NCBI GenBank assembly: GCA_028534125.1
Contig: CM052817.1
Span: forward strand, 16,742,001-16,806,000
Source: Lama glama
Taxonomy: Eukaryota
Length of the DNA: 64,000 bases
Reading direction: 5' to 3'
The position numbers and the translations under genes were made by a program. Positions 50,005-60,978 of the stretch are shown one piece after another. The first letter of the stretch is position 1; every line of letters begins with the position of its first letter. The notes under the pieces were generated by a model. It worked only from the letters and a program-made list of their open reading frames with translations. It was not told where the DNA came from and searched no databases.

Positions 50005-50269
50005 CTAAAACAAGAAGTCACATTTTAATGTGGTTATTATCTTCATGCCCTATCACTCTGAAGTCCCTTAAATAAATTAAGTGATTTAAAACAGAACTCT
50101 AAACTTCTTCAGCACAAGGAATTTCAATTTCTGGTTTTGGTCATCGATGCTGAGACAAACGAATTGAGTTATACAAAAATAACATGATAGATGCTGGAGT
50201 GCACAATGTATGTTTTTGTTCTGTTTTTTAAAATAAGCATTTATTAAGTGCTTGATATACATTTATTAA

Positions 50270-50775
50270 ACCTCAGATGGCATCTCACCTTTCTCGGAAT
50301 GAAAGTCAAAATCCCTTTGATGGCACCCAAGACCTCCATTGTTTAGTTACCTCCATCCCCACTGTGGGACGGAATCTCTGACTGCTAAGAGTGCCCCATG
50401 GGTTCCTCTGCTGTTCCACTGACAGGCTAGGCACACTCCCAGCTCAAGGTCTCTGAACTTGGTGTTCATCTGCCTGAATGCTCTTGCATTCTAGATATCC
50501 CCGTGGTTCATCCATCACCTCCTTTAGATCTGCCCTCAACTTTCACCACCTTCCCTCACCTCTACACAACTCCCTTCCTTACTCTGTTGCTCTTCATTGT
50601 ACCACTGTCACTTAGCATACAGTATACACTCACGACCTATTTGTTTACTGGCTGTGTATTCTCCCTATTTGTAAGCAACATGAGGACAGAGATTTTTGTC
50701 CATATCTGTATCCCTTGCGTCTAGAGCAGTGCTTGGCACGTAGTGGGTACTTAGTCAGTCTTTCTGAATGAATGA
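50270..50775. mobile_element. L2 3' fragment
   Basis: tctgcctgaatgctctt...tgaggacagagatttttgtc...tctagagcagtgcttggcacgtagtgggtact...tgaatgaatga. Confidence 0.75.
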
Positions 50776-53700
50776 TTTAAGCACTAAAATGAGGATGATA
50801 AAAGGCAGATGTATAGTCTTGTCCGAAGAAGTTCTCTAATGGTCCATCTAAGTGAATTTTATTACTTAGGAGTATAAAAAAGGACTCAGTGAATACTCTT
50901 TCATAAAGAATCTCAGCTCTAACCCTAATGATAATATATAATCTCAGTGAACAACCATGTTTAGGGAATGATTGATTGTGACCAATTTCATTTTCTCATT
51001 AATGAAGGTTGACCAGAAACCATTTTGCATTTTTGCTCTTGGTGTTAAAGATTTGTCTAAAATATCCTAATCTATTCCCCATCTCCAGGAAGCAGACTTG
51101 AATGAACATCATCAAGTCTTTCTCTGATGATTCAGGATCATGCAGTGCCCTGTCATCATCCTGCTGAAGATGGATGTCCACCGTGCTAGGCTGTTGATGC
51201 AGAAAGAGGGTAGGCATTGAAACCCCGTACATCAAATCTGATTTCCCCTGCGTGCCATGCCCTGAGGTGAGTCGGCCAAAAACCTGATGCTGACTTTTGT
51301 TTTTTACACATTTGAGTACAAACAACAAAACCTATAAATGATAATCAACATGTAGACAATTCAGCACCAACCTCTTTAAAAATATATATAGAATTAGTCT
51401 TTTGTAGCATTATAATGACCCATCCCAGAAGCAGGAATGAAGGGGAGTTCCTCTGTAGAGTCAGCTAGGGGAGAAAGCTTTGTGCCCATTTTTAATCCAA
51501 ACATTCTTGCTGCATGATACCAACAGAATATGAGGAGGAACTATAGTTTCTGAATTAAATCCCTTCTCATCCAGGTAACCACAAATGGATTAAAGTATAA
51601 TTTTATGTATTGTTTTTATCTTTCTTTCCCAAATTGGTCAGTTTTTAAAGATGTTGGAAAACAGGCTGAACAGACTATAGATTGAAATCATAACTACAGA
51701 CTGCAGATTATAGATTACAGATTGTAATCAGATTGAACATTCTCTAGAAGTAGCTTTTTGAAATTTAAAAAGGAGATGTTTGTTTTGATTTTTTTTTTCT
51801 GGTTGATGGTTACTCGTTCTGGAAAGTAAAGTATAATTTTTAGCTAATTAAAGGTTAACAGTTTAGCTAAATTTTTTAGTGAATTTTAATCTATTCTATT
51901 GAAATGATAAGCATACACGGAATGGTCAAGGCCAAAAAAAGCAGAATATGTAGCAACTGTTCCAAGTGTTCCATTTGGATTTCAGAAAGCTGAATTATTT
52001 AGATGGACTATCCACCGCCCTCACACTCAATGTATAACATCTCACTTTCCACTTCATTTTTGTCTACAAATTCACGGCACTTACTTCATTTCTAAAACTG
52101 CTTAACAGCAACCTGTCCCTTGGGTTTTACGAGACTGCTGGAAAACAAATGCCCTAGATTTTAGTTACAGATTGGCACTGCTCCTTCAGAGCTCTGAAAC
52201 CTGATCTATGTTTCTTTACATATGAATGCGAGTCTGTAGGTGTTGGAAAAGTTCATAAAGAGACAAAAATCAGATACTTAAACAAGCAAATTCCAGACAG
52301 CGACTCCTTTGAGCAATGGCATGAACTTTGAGAGGTGATGTGTTCTCTTTGCTTAGCAATTTACAAAAGGGGGGATGGGGTGGGGTGGGAGGATCAATTC
52401 ACTCTTTAAACAGTGTATTAAATGCTTTCATTACTCCGTACATCTCCGGCCTAGAGGAGTCAACTTTAAAAGCCTCAAGACTTGTCCTGAAGAAGAGTAT
52501 ATGTGGGAAATCCAGCTTATGAACCCCATCAGACAGCCAATGAATCAGAAAGAATGTCGTGCCGGCTTAGCCCTGAGCGAGATGATGGGGTAAGAGCAGA
52601 CCTAATGGAAGATCCGCATGGGCCCTGCCCTCAGGGGCTTTCAACACAGCTGGGGAGATAAAGCTAACATCCGTGAAACCCCAGCCAATATGGCCAGGGC
52701 CTACAGCAAAGGTTGTGTGGAGTCAACTGGGAAGGCTGCTAGACGGACGGAGGGGAGACCAGGAGTGTCTCCAGGGAGAAGATAGAACTTAATCTGGACT
52801 ATGAAGGAAAAGGCAGATTCCAGGAGATCATGGGGAGACAAAACCGTATCCCGGGCAAGGGAAAGGACCGGAAACAGGATGAAGTGGGTGAGCTCGGGGC
52901 CCACTGCGAGCCCAGTGTTGTGAGGACATGCAGGGAAATGAGGCTGGAGAGCTGGAGAGAGAGGGCCCCGTAGGCTTGACTATGGGATGGAAATGCAAGC
53001 TGGACGGACCTAGATCGCCTCTAACGTGTCAGATGTGCTCTGGGCCCAAGCAGAGGACTCCTTTGTTCCCTCTGTGCCCCCTGAGTGTCACACAGACAAG
53101 GAGGTACCTCTTACACTTAAGCACACATATGGGTAATACACAGCATGTGGTTGTATGTGCAAATACACAAACACGCACACACAAAGCGTTACGCACACAC
53201 ATGTAGAGAAGTCCATGCACCCGAGGGCCCACGTGTACAAAGATATGCAAACAGACATGCACAACACCTGCATGTTCACACCTGTTCTCAGACCAGGGAC
53301 CCACAGCCGAGCGGTCAAATGAAAGCAGATATCTGGGTAAACTCAGCCAGTCACAGGAGCTTTGCTTTAGGTTCATAATCTGCCCAGAGTCTTTGCTCAA
53401 AAACAAAGCCCCTCATTCCTGACTTCTGGGAGCCGGATTTGTCTGGCCACAGTTGTTCCTCTCCAGACACCCGCAGCTGTCTTGCTAGCACACCCTGTCT
53501 AGCCACCCGAACTGCCAAGGCTATGCGGCAGCCCTTAGAGAAAACTGAGACGTCTGCAGGAGGGAGGGAGGGAGTGACGCTGCTGTTGTGAACAACTGCA
53601 ATGACAACAATGCCAACCAGACCTTGATCATCTACCCTGGATAGCGGGCTGGATGCGTTGCAAACAAGCATTAACCCACCACGTGCAGCAATTTTATGAG

Positions 53701-55028
53701 GTCAGTATAACCATCTCCATTTTTAAGGATGAGAAAAGGGAGGCTCAAAAAAGGCTAAATAATATTAACCAATAGCGGCTTTGAGATTTGAACCGAAGTC
53801 TGTGCGACTCAAAGCCCTTTACAAGAAGATGGGGATTTGGCATCTAGGTTGAATCTGAAAAAAGCAGTCAAGGCTTTTACTGGAGAGAAAGAAAACCTGG
53901 AGGAATAGTGCCGACAAGAGTGAGCCGCTCTCCAGGACCCCCGTGCTGATACAGAGGTTTGCACCCCCACTTCCGCTCCCTCATCTCCTTACTCTACAAG
54001 CTGTAACTCAGGCAGGACTTCCCATTGGTAGGATTCCAGAATCAAGTGCTCGCTGAGCCTGTGGACAGACACCTTTGCCTCTCTCAGGGACTGGTGTGAA
54101 TGATTATCTCTTTAGATGCTGTATAAGTCAAGATTACACACACTGGAGGTTCTACCCCTCCACCCCGCCCAACACTCCCATCCAAAGCTCTCCAATTTCC
54201 CCAATTTTCCTTTTACCACAGACAAGCTGACTATGGAGATGAGATACGTTTTCCTACTCAAACACAAAATATCCGTCACGCAAATGGAACTTGGTTCCTG
54301 GCTAATAAATTGCTCCTACCGAGACAATGACTATGTTCACATTTTCATAAACACAGGCACTACTTTTTCCAGTTTTCTAAATTTTCTAAGTGTGTGTGTG
54401 TGCTTACTTCATTCGACATGTCAATTCAAATCCATTTGTTTAATTTTTTTCTCCAGAAAGCTATTAAAGAACCCAGAGAGCTTAGCTTAAGCCGAAGATT
54501 AATCCAACATAAAAGAAAAAGCTATTTGCATTCAAATTAGAGGAACCACAAAAATGTCTCTATTCTACTTCATCCTAATTTTGATCCTGATTCAACATTC
54601 TTCAATAAGTCATGAAGCCTCACTTCCCATATCTGTAAAATGGGGACTCACAGATTAGCATGAAAGATAAAGAAGACTCACTAAGCACTCAGCTCGGGGC
54701 CGGGCATACAGTAGGTGTGTGATCCATGTTTGTTTCTTTCTCACCTCGTCCATCACTGGACAGAGGCCCCTCTCAGCTTACTTCATGTGCAGTCATGAGG
54801 GCCATATGGTGATTTGGGAGGATGGAAAAGATAATACAGCCAAGTGTGTGAGTAATCACTATGGGCTGGTGTCTGATCAACAATATAGAAATCTTCTAGG
54901 CAACCTGTAAATGAGTTTCCCTCAGAGAATGTTACAAATGGACAAAACAGTCAAGAATGAGAGAGGCACCAGGAAGTGACCCCTGCTCTACACATTAAAG
55001 GACTTACAACACTTTTCATAGGACTTAC

Positions 55029-55100
55029 AGGTGAGTCAGGTCACGAAGGCCACGAAAGGCATTTCTGGAAATGGTTTCTATTTTGTTCCCTTCAATGAAC
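55029..55100 (-). CDS. LGI2: LGI2 exon 4, LRR (FIEGNKIETISRNAFRGLRDLTHL)
   Basis: 72 nt, acceptor ttccctag|G, donor CT|gtaagt. Confidence 0.96.
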
Positions 55101-57097
55101 CTAGGGAAAACAGAAACACGATGAAACTGAATTTTCTCTGCTTAATATCTCTGAAAAAACTGATACCGAGGTGCTTTCAGAATAAAATCTAAAAGCATGC
55201 ATGAATTTCAGAAGTTCATCTCTGAAGGCTAGGTCCCGCTACACCTGATTCCAAGTGGAAGTGGGGTGTGTGCGAGGATGCACGTGCACAGTGTACACTC
55301 CACACCCCTTCCAGAAGCAGCATGGAAGTCTTCAGAGTCAGAGTTGGCAGCACGGGTAAAAACATCTTGAGGGAAAAATAAAAGTAAGAAAGCACTACGC
55401 CACGGCGAGAAATTCTCAAATTCCGCAAGACTGGAAGGCTTCCAGACATCTTCCCCGCTCCAAGCTTCTTACGTTTCCCACTGCCTGGCTATTAATACTT
55501 CTGTTCATATCACAGTCCCTCGAGGGGAGCCCACAGTTTTACATCTCCATATTAAAGTCTCTGCCCAGGGAGAATTCCATTAATTCTGTTGGTTCCTGGC
55601 AAGCTGGAGTTCATCATGTTCTACACAGTGTCATCTGTGAACAAATGGATGACCAGACAGAGATGCTCTCAAGATGTCCGGGCCACTAAGAAATAGAAAG
55701 TATAAGGAGTTGAGCATGGGCCAGACTTCTTCCTCTGTGTCTTAGGGCTTGCACACAGGACCTGGCAATAATAACTCTGGCTGTGCTTTAAATATGTGAC
55801 ATGGGAAATATGTGAAGTGAGTGCACTATGACTCTTCTGTAGGGCCTCAGAGAACTGAATTTTAGTTTACGGCATCACATTTCACCAAATGTAAGAGGGT
55901 CTCGGATGAGACAGTCGAATGGAGATGCTTTGTAACAGAATGTTATAGGCTGGTTAAACAGTCCTTGATTCTTAACACTGAGAATTATCTGCTCCCTGTT
56001 TTATTTTTTTAATTGGGGGTCTATTCAGCAACAGACTTCAGTATAAACTGATAAGTGAACTTTCTCCTCAATAACTTTGACAGGAAGGTGAACTGCTCGA
56101 AAGAGGGAATGGGCAGCTCTGCGTTCACCACCTCCGTCGGCTGTTTACGCGCTTTGGTGGAACCTAGTTAGACTCAGCCCTTCAGCCCTAGCACCCTACC
56201 CAGGGTGCCTATACTACCCAGTGTTATGACAGTACAAGTATTATGTGTCCTCTGGAGAAAGAATTCCTTCAGATACATCTTTCCTGAGGACATAAAGTCA
56301 GCAGAGAGCTTTCTTAGACCCAGGGCGTGTTTAGAATTCAAACATCTACCTGTTAACCTCAGATAAGAAAGCGGAGGTAGGCTTTAAAAATCCCTCTGAA
56401 TGCTAAGTAAGGGAATCCCATCTGATAGCAGGATTAATATTATTACAAAGTTACAAAAGACAAGGATGGAAGAACCTCGCGGTGGGGGAAGACTATAAGA
56501 AAGTGGGAAGAGGCAGAAATCAGAGCCAGGACAGAGCTAATTGCTGGGTGGGGGTGGGTTGGGGGGGAAGCTGCACATCTGAGAAGGGAAAAATAACCTT
56601 TATTTTTAAAGGAGAAAAAAAATTAGACCTTCAGCAGCAGCTCATAGGAGATACTGCAAATGAGATATAGGACAGCCGAATTAAAACCACAAAGTTGTGT
56701 CCCCAAATAAGGAGACTTTCTTAAAAATAAATAACCCTCAGAATCCTTCAGCCTTATTTCTGGTTGATCAGCAAATCCATGCCTAGTTTTGAGAGGTAAA
56801 AATATCCAACGCAATTTCCAATTGTGCTTACGTCATTACAAATTAAATGTCAGCAGAGAATGAATGACTATCTTTCCTTCTTTGTTTCCTTTCCCCCCTT
56901 TGTCTCCAACCTCCTCCTGTCCCAGCATGTTTATACACAAGTAAACCATGAAAGGTCAGCACTGAAAAGAGAATGGGGTTTTCTGCATTTTCTCCACCCT
57001 TGAGCTCTCTAAGAGATGCTGTTCCAACTTGCAGAGCGATATAGCCATTCCATTGACATACCAGATGCTCAGCAAATAGACAAAGCACCAAACTTAC

Positions 57098-57169
57098 AGG
57101 TATTCGAGGTGGAAAAGTCCAGCAAAAGCATCATCCCGGATGACTGTGAATGAGTTAGAATTCAGCAAT
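57098..57169 (-). CDS. LGI2: LGI2 exon 3, LRR (LLNSNSFTVIRDDAFAGLFHLEYL)
   Basis: 72 nt, acceptor ttttcag|A, donor CT|gtaagt. Confidence 0.96.
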
Positions 57170-58204
57170 CTGAAAATAAAGGACAGAATTCAGTATAGAA
57201 GTATAAAATTTGAGTCACATAGTGAAGCTACTGTTTCTTTTGTCTTCTTCTGTTGCCAACTTGGGTTCTTCTCAGCCTTAAACTGTCCCATCCAGTGCAC
57301 AACCTGACTCACGGACACTGATGGACAATGGCAAGTCGGTTCCCTTTGGCCAGATTTTCTGTTCACCTGCATTACTCCATTCTTTCTTCCCTGTGGGTCT
57401 TAGCAAATATGACCTCACAGCTGTTATTTCAAAACATCCTGATGCTCAGCAAAACTCGACAGCCAGTGAGTGCTCTATGATGCACAAGCAATCGTGAGAT
57501 GAGGGATCTAAAAGATCTAATCCAACTCTAGTTTTAGAGAAATTTGAGTTCAGAGAAGTTAAGTGACTTGATCAAAGTCACAAAGCTGAGACAAATTAAA
57601 AAAACCCCAAAACAAAGAAAACAAAACCCCTTTCCATTACACACCCCCATGGGAAATAATAAAAAGAACTTTGAGAAGACTCTTTATCACCACATAGTTT
57701 TTTAAAGAGATCATTTAAGTCCATTTGGTAAAAGTTTATACAACCTATATGTTGTATATATGGTATTTGGTATTCACCAGGTATGGTATTTGGTAAAATA
57801 CCTAAAATTCCATTCCTAGCATATGAAAAATATATTTTAATAGAACCATAATTTCTAAGAAATTACAGATTTTAAAATGCTAAGGATAACATTATGAGTA
57901 ACATTTCAAGGACAAAAATATCAACATTAAGTTGGTGTAGGATGAATAGTGGTCAAACATGGCCCACGTCTCCGTGTCTCTCTGTATGTTCCAAGTACGT
58001 GGCTTGTTTTCATTTTGATCTCATTCAAATTTAAGAAACTGATACAAATAAAGAGAATGAGCTAAGTACTCGTGACTTTGCCTGTCACTGGTTTGCTTTT
58101 GAAAACTACATTTTGGACTTTGTCTTTTATCAAGAAACAGTAACTGACCTAGGCTACAAGGCATGACACGGACACTTGGCGAGAGTAGCTGGGATGCTAC
58201 TCTC

Positions 58205-58390
58205 AAAGTGTGGGCTTTGAGCCCTGGGTTAGAGTTCTGGCTGTGACTTTGAGCAAGTTACTTAACTTCCCTGAGCCTGTTTTCTCATCTATAAGAAAAA
58301 TACCCTACTCGTAGGGAAGATATGATTAAATAAAATTTTGCACATAAATGCATAGTATGCTGCCCAACAGTTTACAATACTCAGTCACGT
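58205..58390 (+). mobile_element. MIR fragment
   Basis: gtgactttgagcaagttacttaacttccctgagcctgttttctcatctataa. Confidence 0.7.
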
Positions 58391-58783
58391 AGAAATACTC
58401 CTATTTCCATGATAACATTAAGAGTTTAAAATACAGGTTCTCTTTTAAAGTGAAGTGTTTGGGAAATGGCTCATTTGGGTGAAATTCAGGTCATGATTTG
58501 ATGTAACCATGTCGAGTCTCCAGTTGCTGGATATGGGCGGTGGCATCTACAATAAACTCCATGAGGGAAACGTGCTGAAAGGAGGAAAGGATACTCAGCA
58601 AAGAGCCTTGGAACTCAGGCTCGGTGGGGACAGGATGGGGCAAGTTAACAGGAAAAGCCAGCCACAGTTCCCTCGTGGAGCTTGGCTATCTTAGGAAGGA
58701 CTGATACCAAAGAGGCAGAGATGGCTCTTCCCAAAACCGTACCTCCAGGAACCCCATTTCCAGAGAGAACTTCTCATACTCAC

Positions 58784-58855
58784 AGCAGCTGCAGGGAAGG
58801 CAGGTGGGAAAACATCCGGTCTTTGATTTCCGAGAACGTGCCATTTACCAGGCTC
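58784..58855 (-). CDS. LGI2: LGI2 exon 2, LRR (SLVNGTFSEIKDRMFSHLPSLQLL)
   Basis: 72 nt, acceptor tctag|G, donor CT|gtgagt; read directly from the sequence (absent from the ORF track). Confidence 0.96.
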
Positions 58856-60772
58856 CTAGAGGCAAGAGAGGAACAAAATGAGGACTAGGTCGCTTTCTGG
58901 AAGTGCCGGGCAGGATGGGCAAGTGGCCCTACCCTTCACCTGTACTTCAAACTCCTCCACTCGGGAATGAGGTTTCAAACAGTCTGCCAGGGGCTTCTCA
59001 GGGGGTAAGAATGAGATGAGTCCAGCAATTATTCAGTGAACTGGATCAGTATGAAAACTGGTCTAAATAACAGAAACCTTTACCATCAGTCTAGCTCTCT
59101 CCATAGATGAGATCTCAGCCAGTTTAAATCAATCCCCTCCCTTCCTTTCCTTTAACTATGGGAGGCCCTAGCTGAAGATGGATAATTATTTCACCTCTGC
59201 CCATGATTCTGTTTGTGTAGACACAGCATTAATGTTGGCCGACGAAACTCCAGGGTAGGATTAAGCATTTCCCTTGGGAGCACATCTCTGAAAGTCACTC
59301 AGAGCACTTCTGATTAAATGCACCATGAAAGCCTTGGGGAGAAAACTCAGAGACACCTAAACTTGAATGTGTGGTAGGAGGCAATGCCAGCTGCCAGGTT
59401 TAATGGTCAATCAGAACAAGGAGCTTGATTGTTTTAGCCACCAGGTCCCTGATCCTCTCTGGCCACAGTAGGACCTCAGTACTTTATTTCAGTTAATATG
59501 CAGATCAGTTAAACAGCTGCTGGTCTAAAGGATTTAACCAGGGGGATTCTCATTTCTGGAATCCTCCATGTCACCCGACATAGCAATATTTGGAATCAAA
59601 CAGTCCCTCTGTTCTTGCCCAGCCAGACTCCCCTGAATTCCTGTAAATGCAAACAGGATCCCCTTCACTCCTGGGTCCAGGCCCCAGAGCCCTGCCTGGG
59701 GTGGAAGACAGCGCAAGAGAAAGTGCCCTGAGTGTGAGCAACTCCCCCTCCTCCCCGGGGATTCCCTGCCTCTATGATGGAGTGGCATCACCCCAGCACC
59801 TTGGCCTGGAACAAGGGATTGTTTCAGCAGGAAGCATTTCCCCGCAGTAATGATATAGCGCACTAGCCCCTTCCACAGCCATTATGAGAGCTGGTCATGT
59901 GGCTTGAGTGGCTGTGTGAGGCCAGGTTGAAAGCATCCCTTAGCAGGTGCATAAATAATGTGAAGCCCTTTCCTGTGCATTCCTCCAGCGCTGAGCCAAC
60001 ATAACATGTCGTGGGGAGTGGGGTGAGAAGCCCATATGAACTCAGGGCAAGAAGTCAGGCTGATTTCCAGCACTTGGCCACTTGGGCTGGATGCCCCACA
60101 TGCCCCAACGCTCAGCCAAGTCCTCCTGCTTCCCTCTTCCAGGCCACATGGGGCGGCATCTCCACTTCCAGAGGCTACATGCCTTTTCCCAGGTTCTCCC
60201 CAACCTGCAGTGTGGACACGTCTAGAGGAGGCCGTGGTGTAAACCACAGCCCCAGACCTCAGGTGGGACAGTGAGGCCTTATTCCTCCCCTGTCTGCAAT
60301 CACTCCAGTCATGCTCAGCTGCACATATATGCCCCTACACAACCACCTCCCCCTCCGTACACATCCTGTCAAACTTTAATGCACCCCAGAATCATCTGGG
60401 GATGCCACATGCGGGCTCCAAGGCTCCAGTCCAGAGACCCTGCATCATTCAGCACGGGCCCCGGAACCTGCATTGGCACAAGCTCCTCCAGGTGGATCGG
60501 ATGTAGGTGGCCCGTGGGCCAGACTTTGAGAAACAGTGCCACAGGGACTGTTCTGGATTCCCAGACTCCGGGTCTCGGGTTCCCCTCATCCTCCCCAGGG
60601 CCCGAGACTCCACCCACGTCCCAAAGCGCTCCCCAACCCAAACGCAAAGAAACGGGGCCGGGAAGTGGGGGTCAGGGTCGCGCCGTCCCAGCTCCAGAGG
60701 CAACTCCCAGACGGCGGCGAGCGCAGGGTGGGGCAGGACGCGGCGGGAGCTGCCGGGGTCCCACTCACTCAC

Positions 60773-60978
60773 AAGGAGCTGATGTCGCCCGGCACGATCC
60801 TGGGCACCCAGGAAGAGCCCACGCAGATGATGGACTCCTTGGTACAGCTGCAAGTGGCGGGGCAGCGCGCCAGCCGCCTCACCTGCGCGCTCGGCGGGAT
60901 CAGGCACGCGGCGCCCAGCAGCAGCAGCAGCAGCAGCCGCCCCGGAGCACCGCCGCCGCCGCCCCTCCGCAGCGCCAT
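60773..60978 (-). CDS. LGI2: LGI2 exon 1 coding part: signal peptide + LRRNT (MALRRGGGGGAPGRLLLLLLLGAACLIPPSAQVRRLARCPATCSCTKESIICVGSSWVPRIVPGDISSL)
   Basis: ATG in strong context (GGCATGG), hydrophobic Leu7 core, CPxxCxC N-cap, donor TT|gtgagt, phase 2. Confidence 0.97.
60916..60936 (+). repeat. (CAG)7 = (CTG)7 encoding Leu7 of the signal peptide
   Basis: Seven perfect units read directly. Confidence 0.9.

Noticed and set aside
53100..53290. CA-rich stretch giving Cys/Val/His-rich ORFs
   Set aside because: Degenerate (CA)n low-complexity sequence.
55027..55036. Plus-strand ACAG|GTGAGT perfect splice-like motif
   Set aside because: It is the reverse complement of the exon 4 end and donor; no supporting antisense exon structure.
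57738..57759. Inverted repeat tatacaac...gttgtata as a possible small-RNA hairpin
   Set aside because: Only an 8-bp AT-rich stem; too short for a pre-miRNA and expected by chance.
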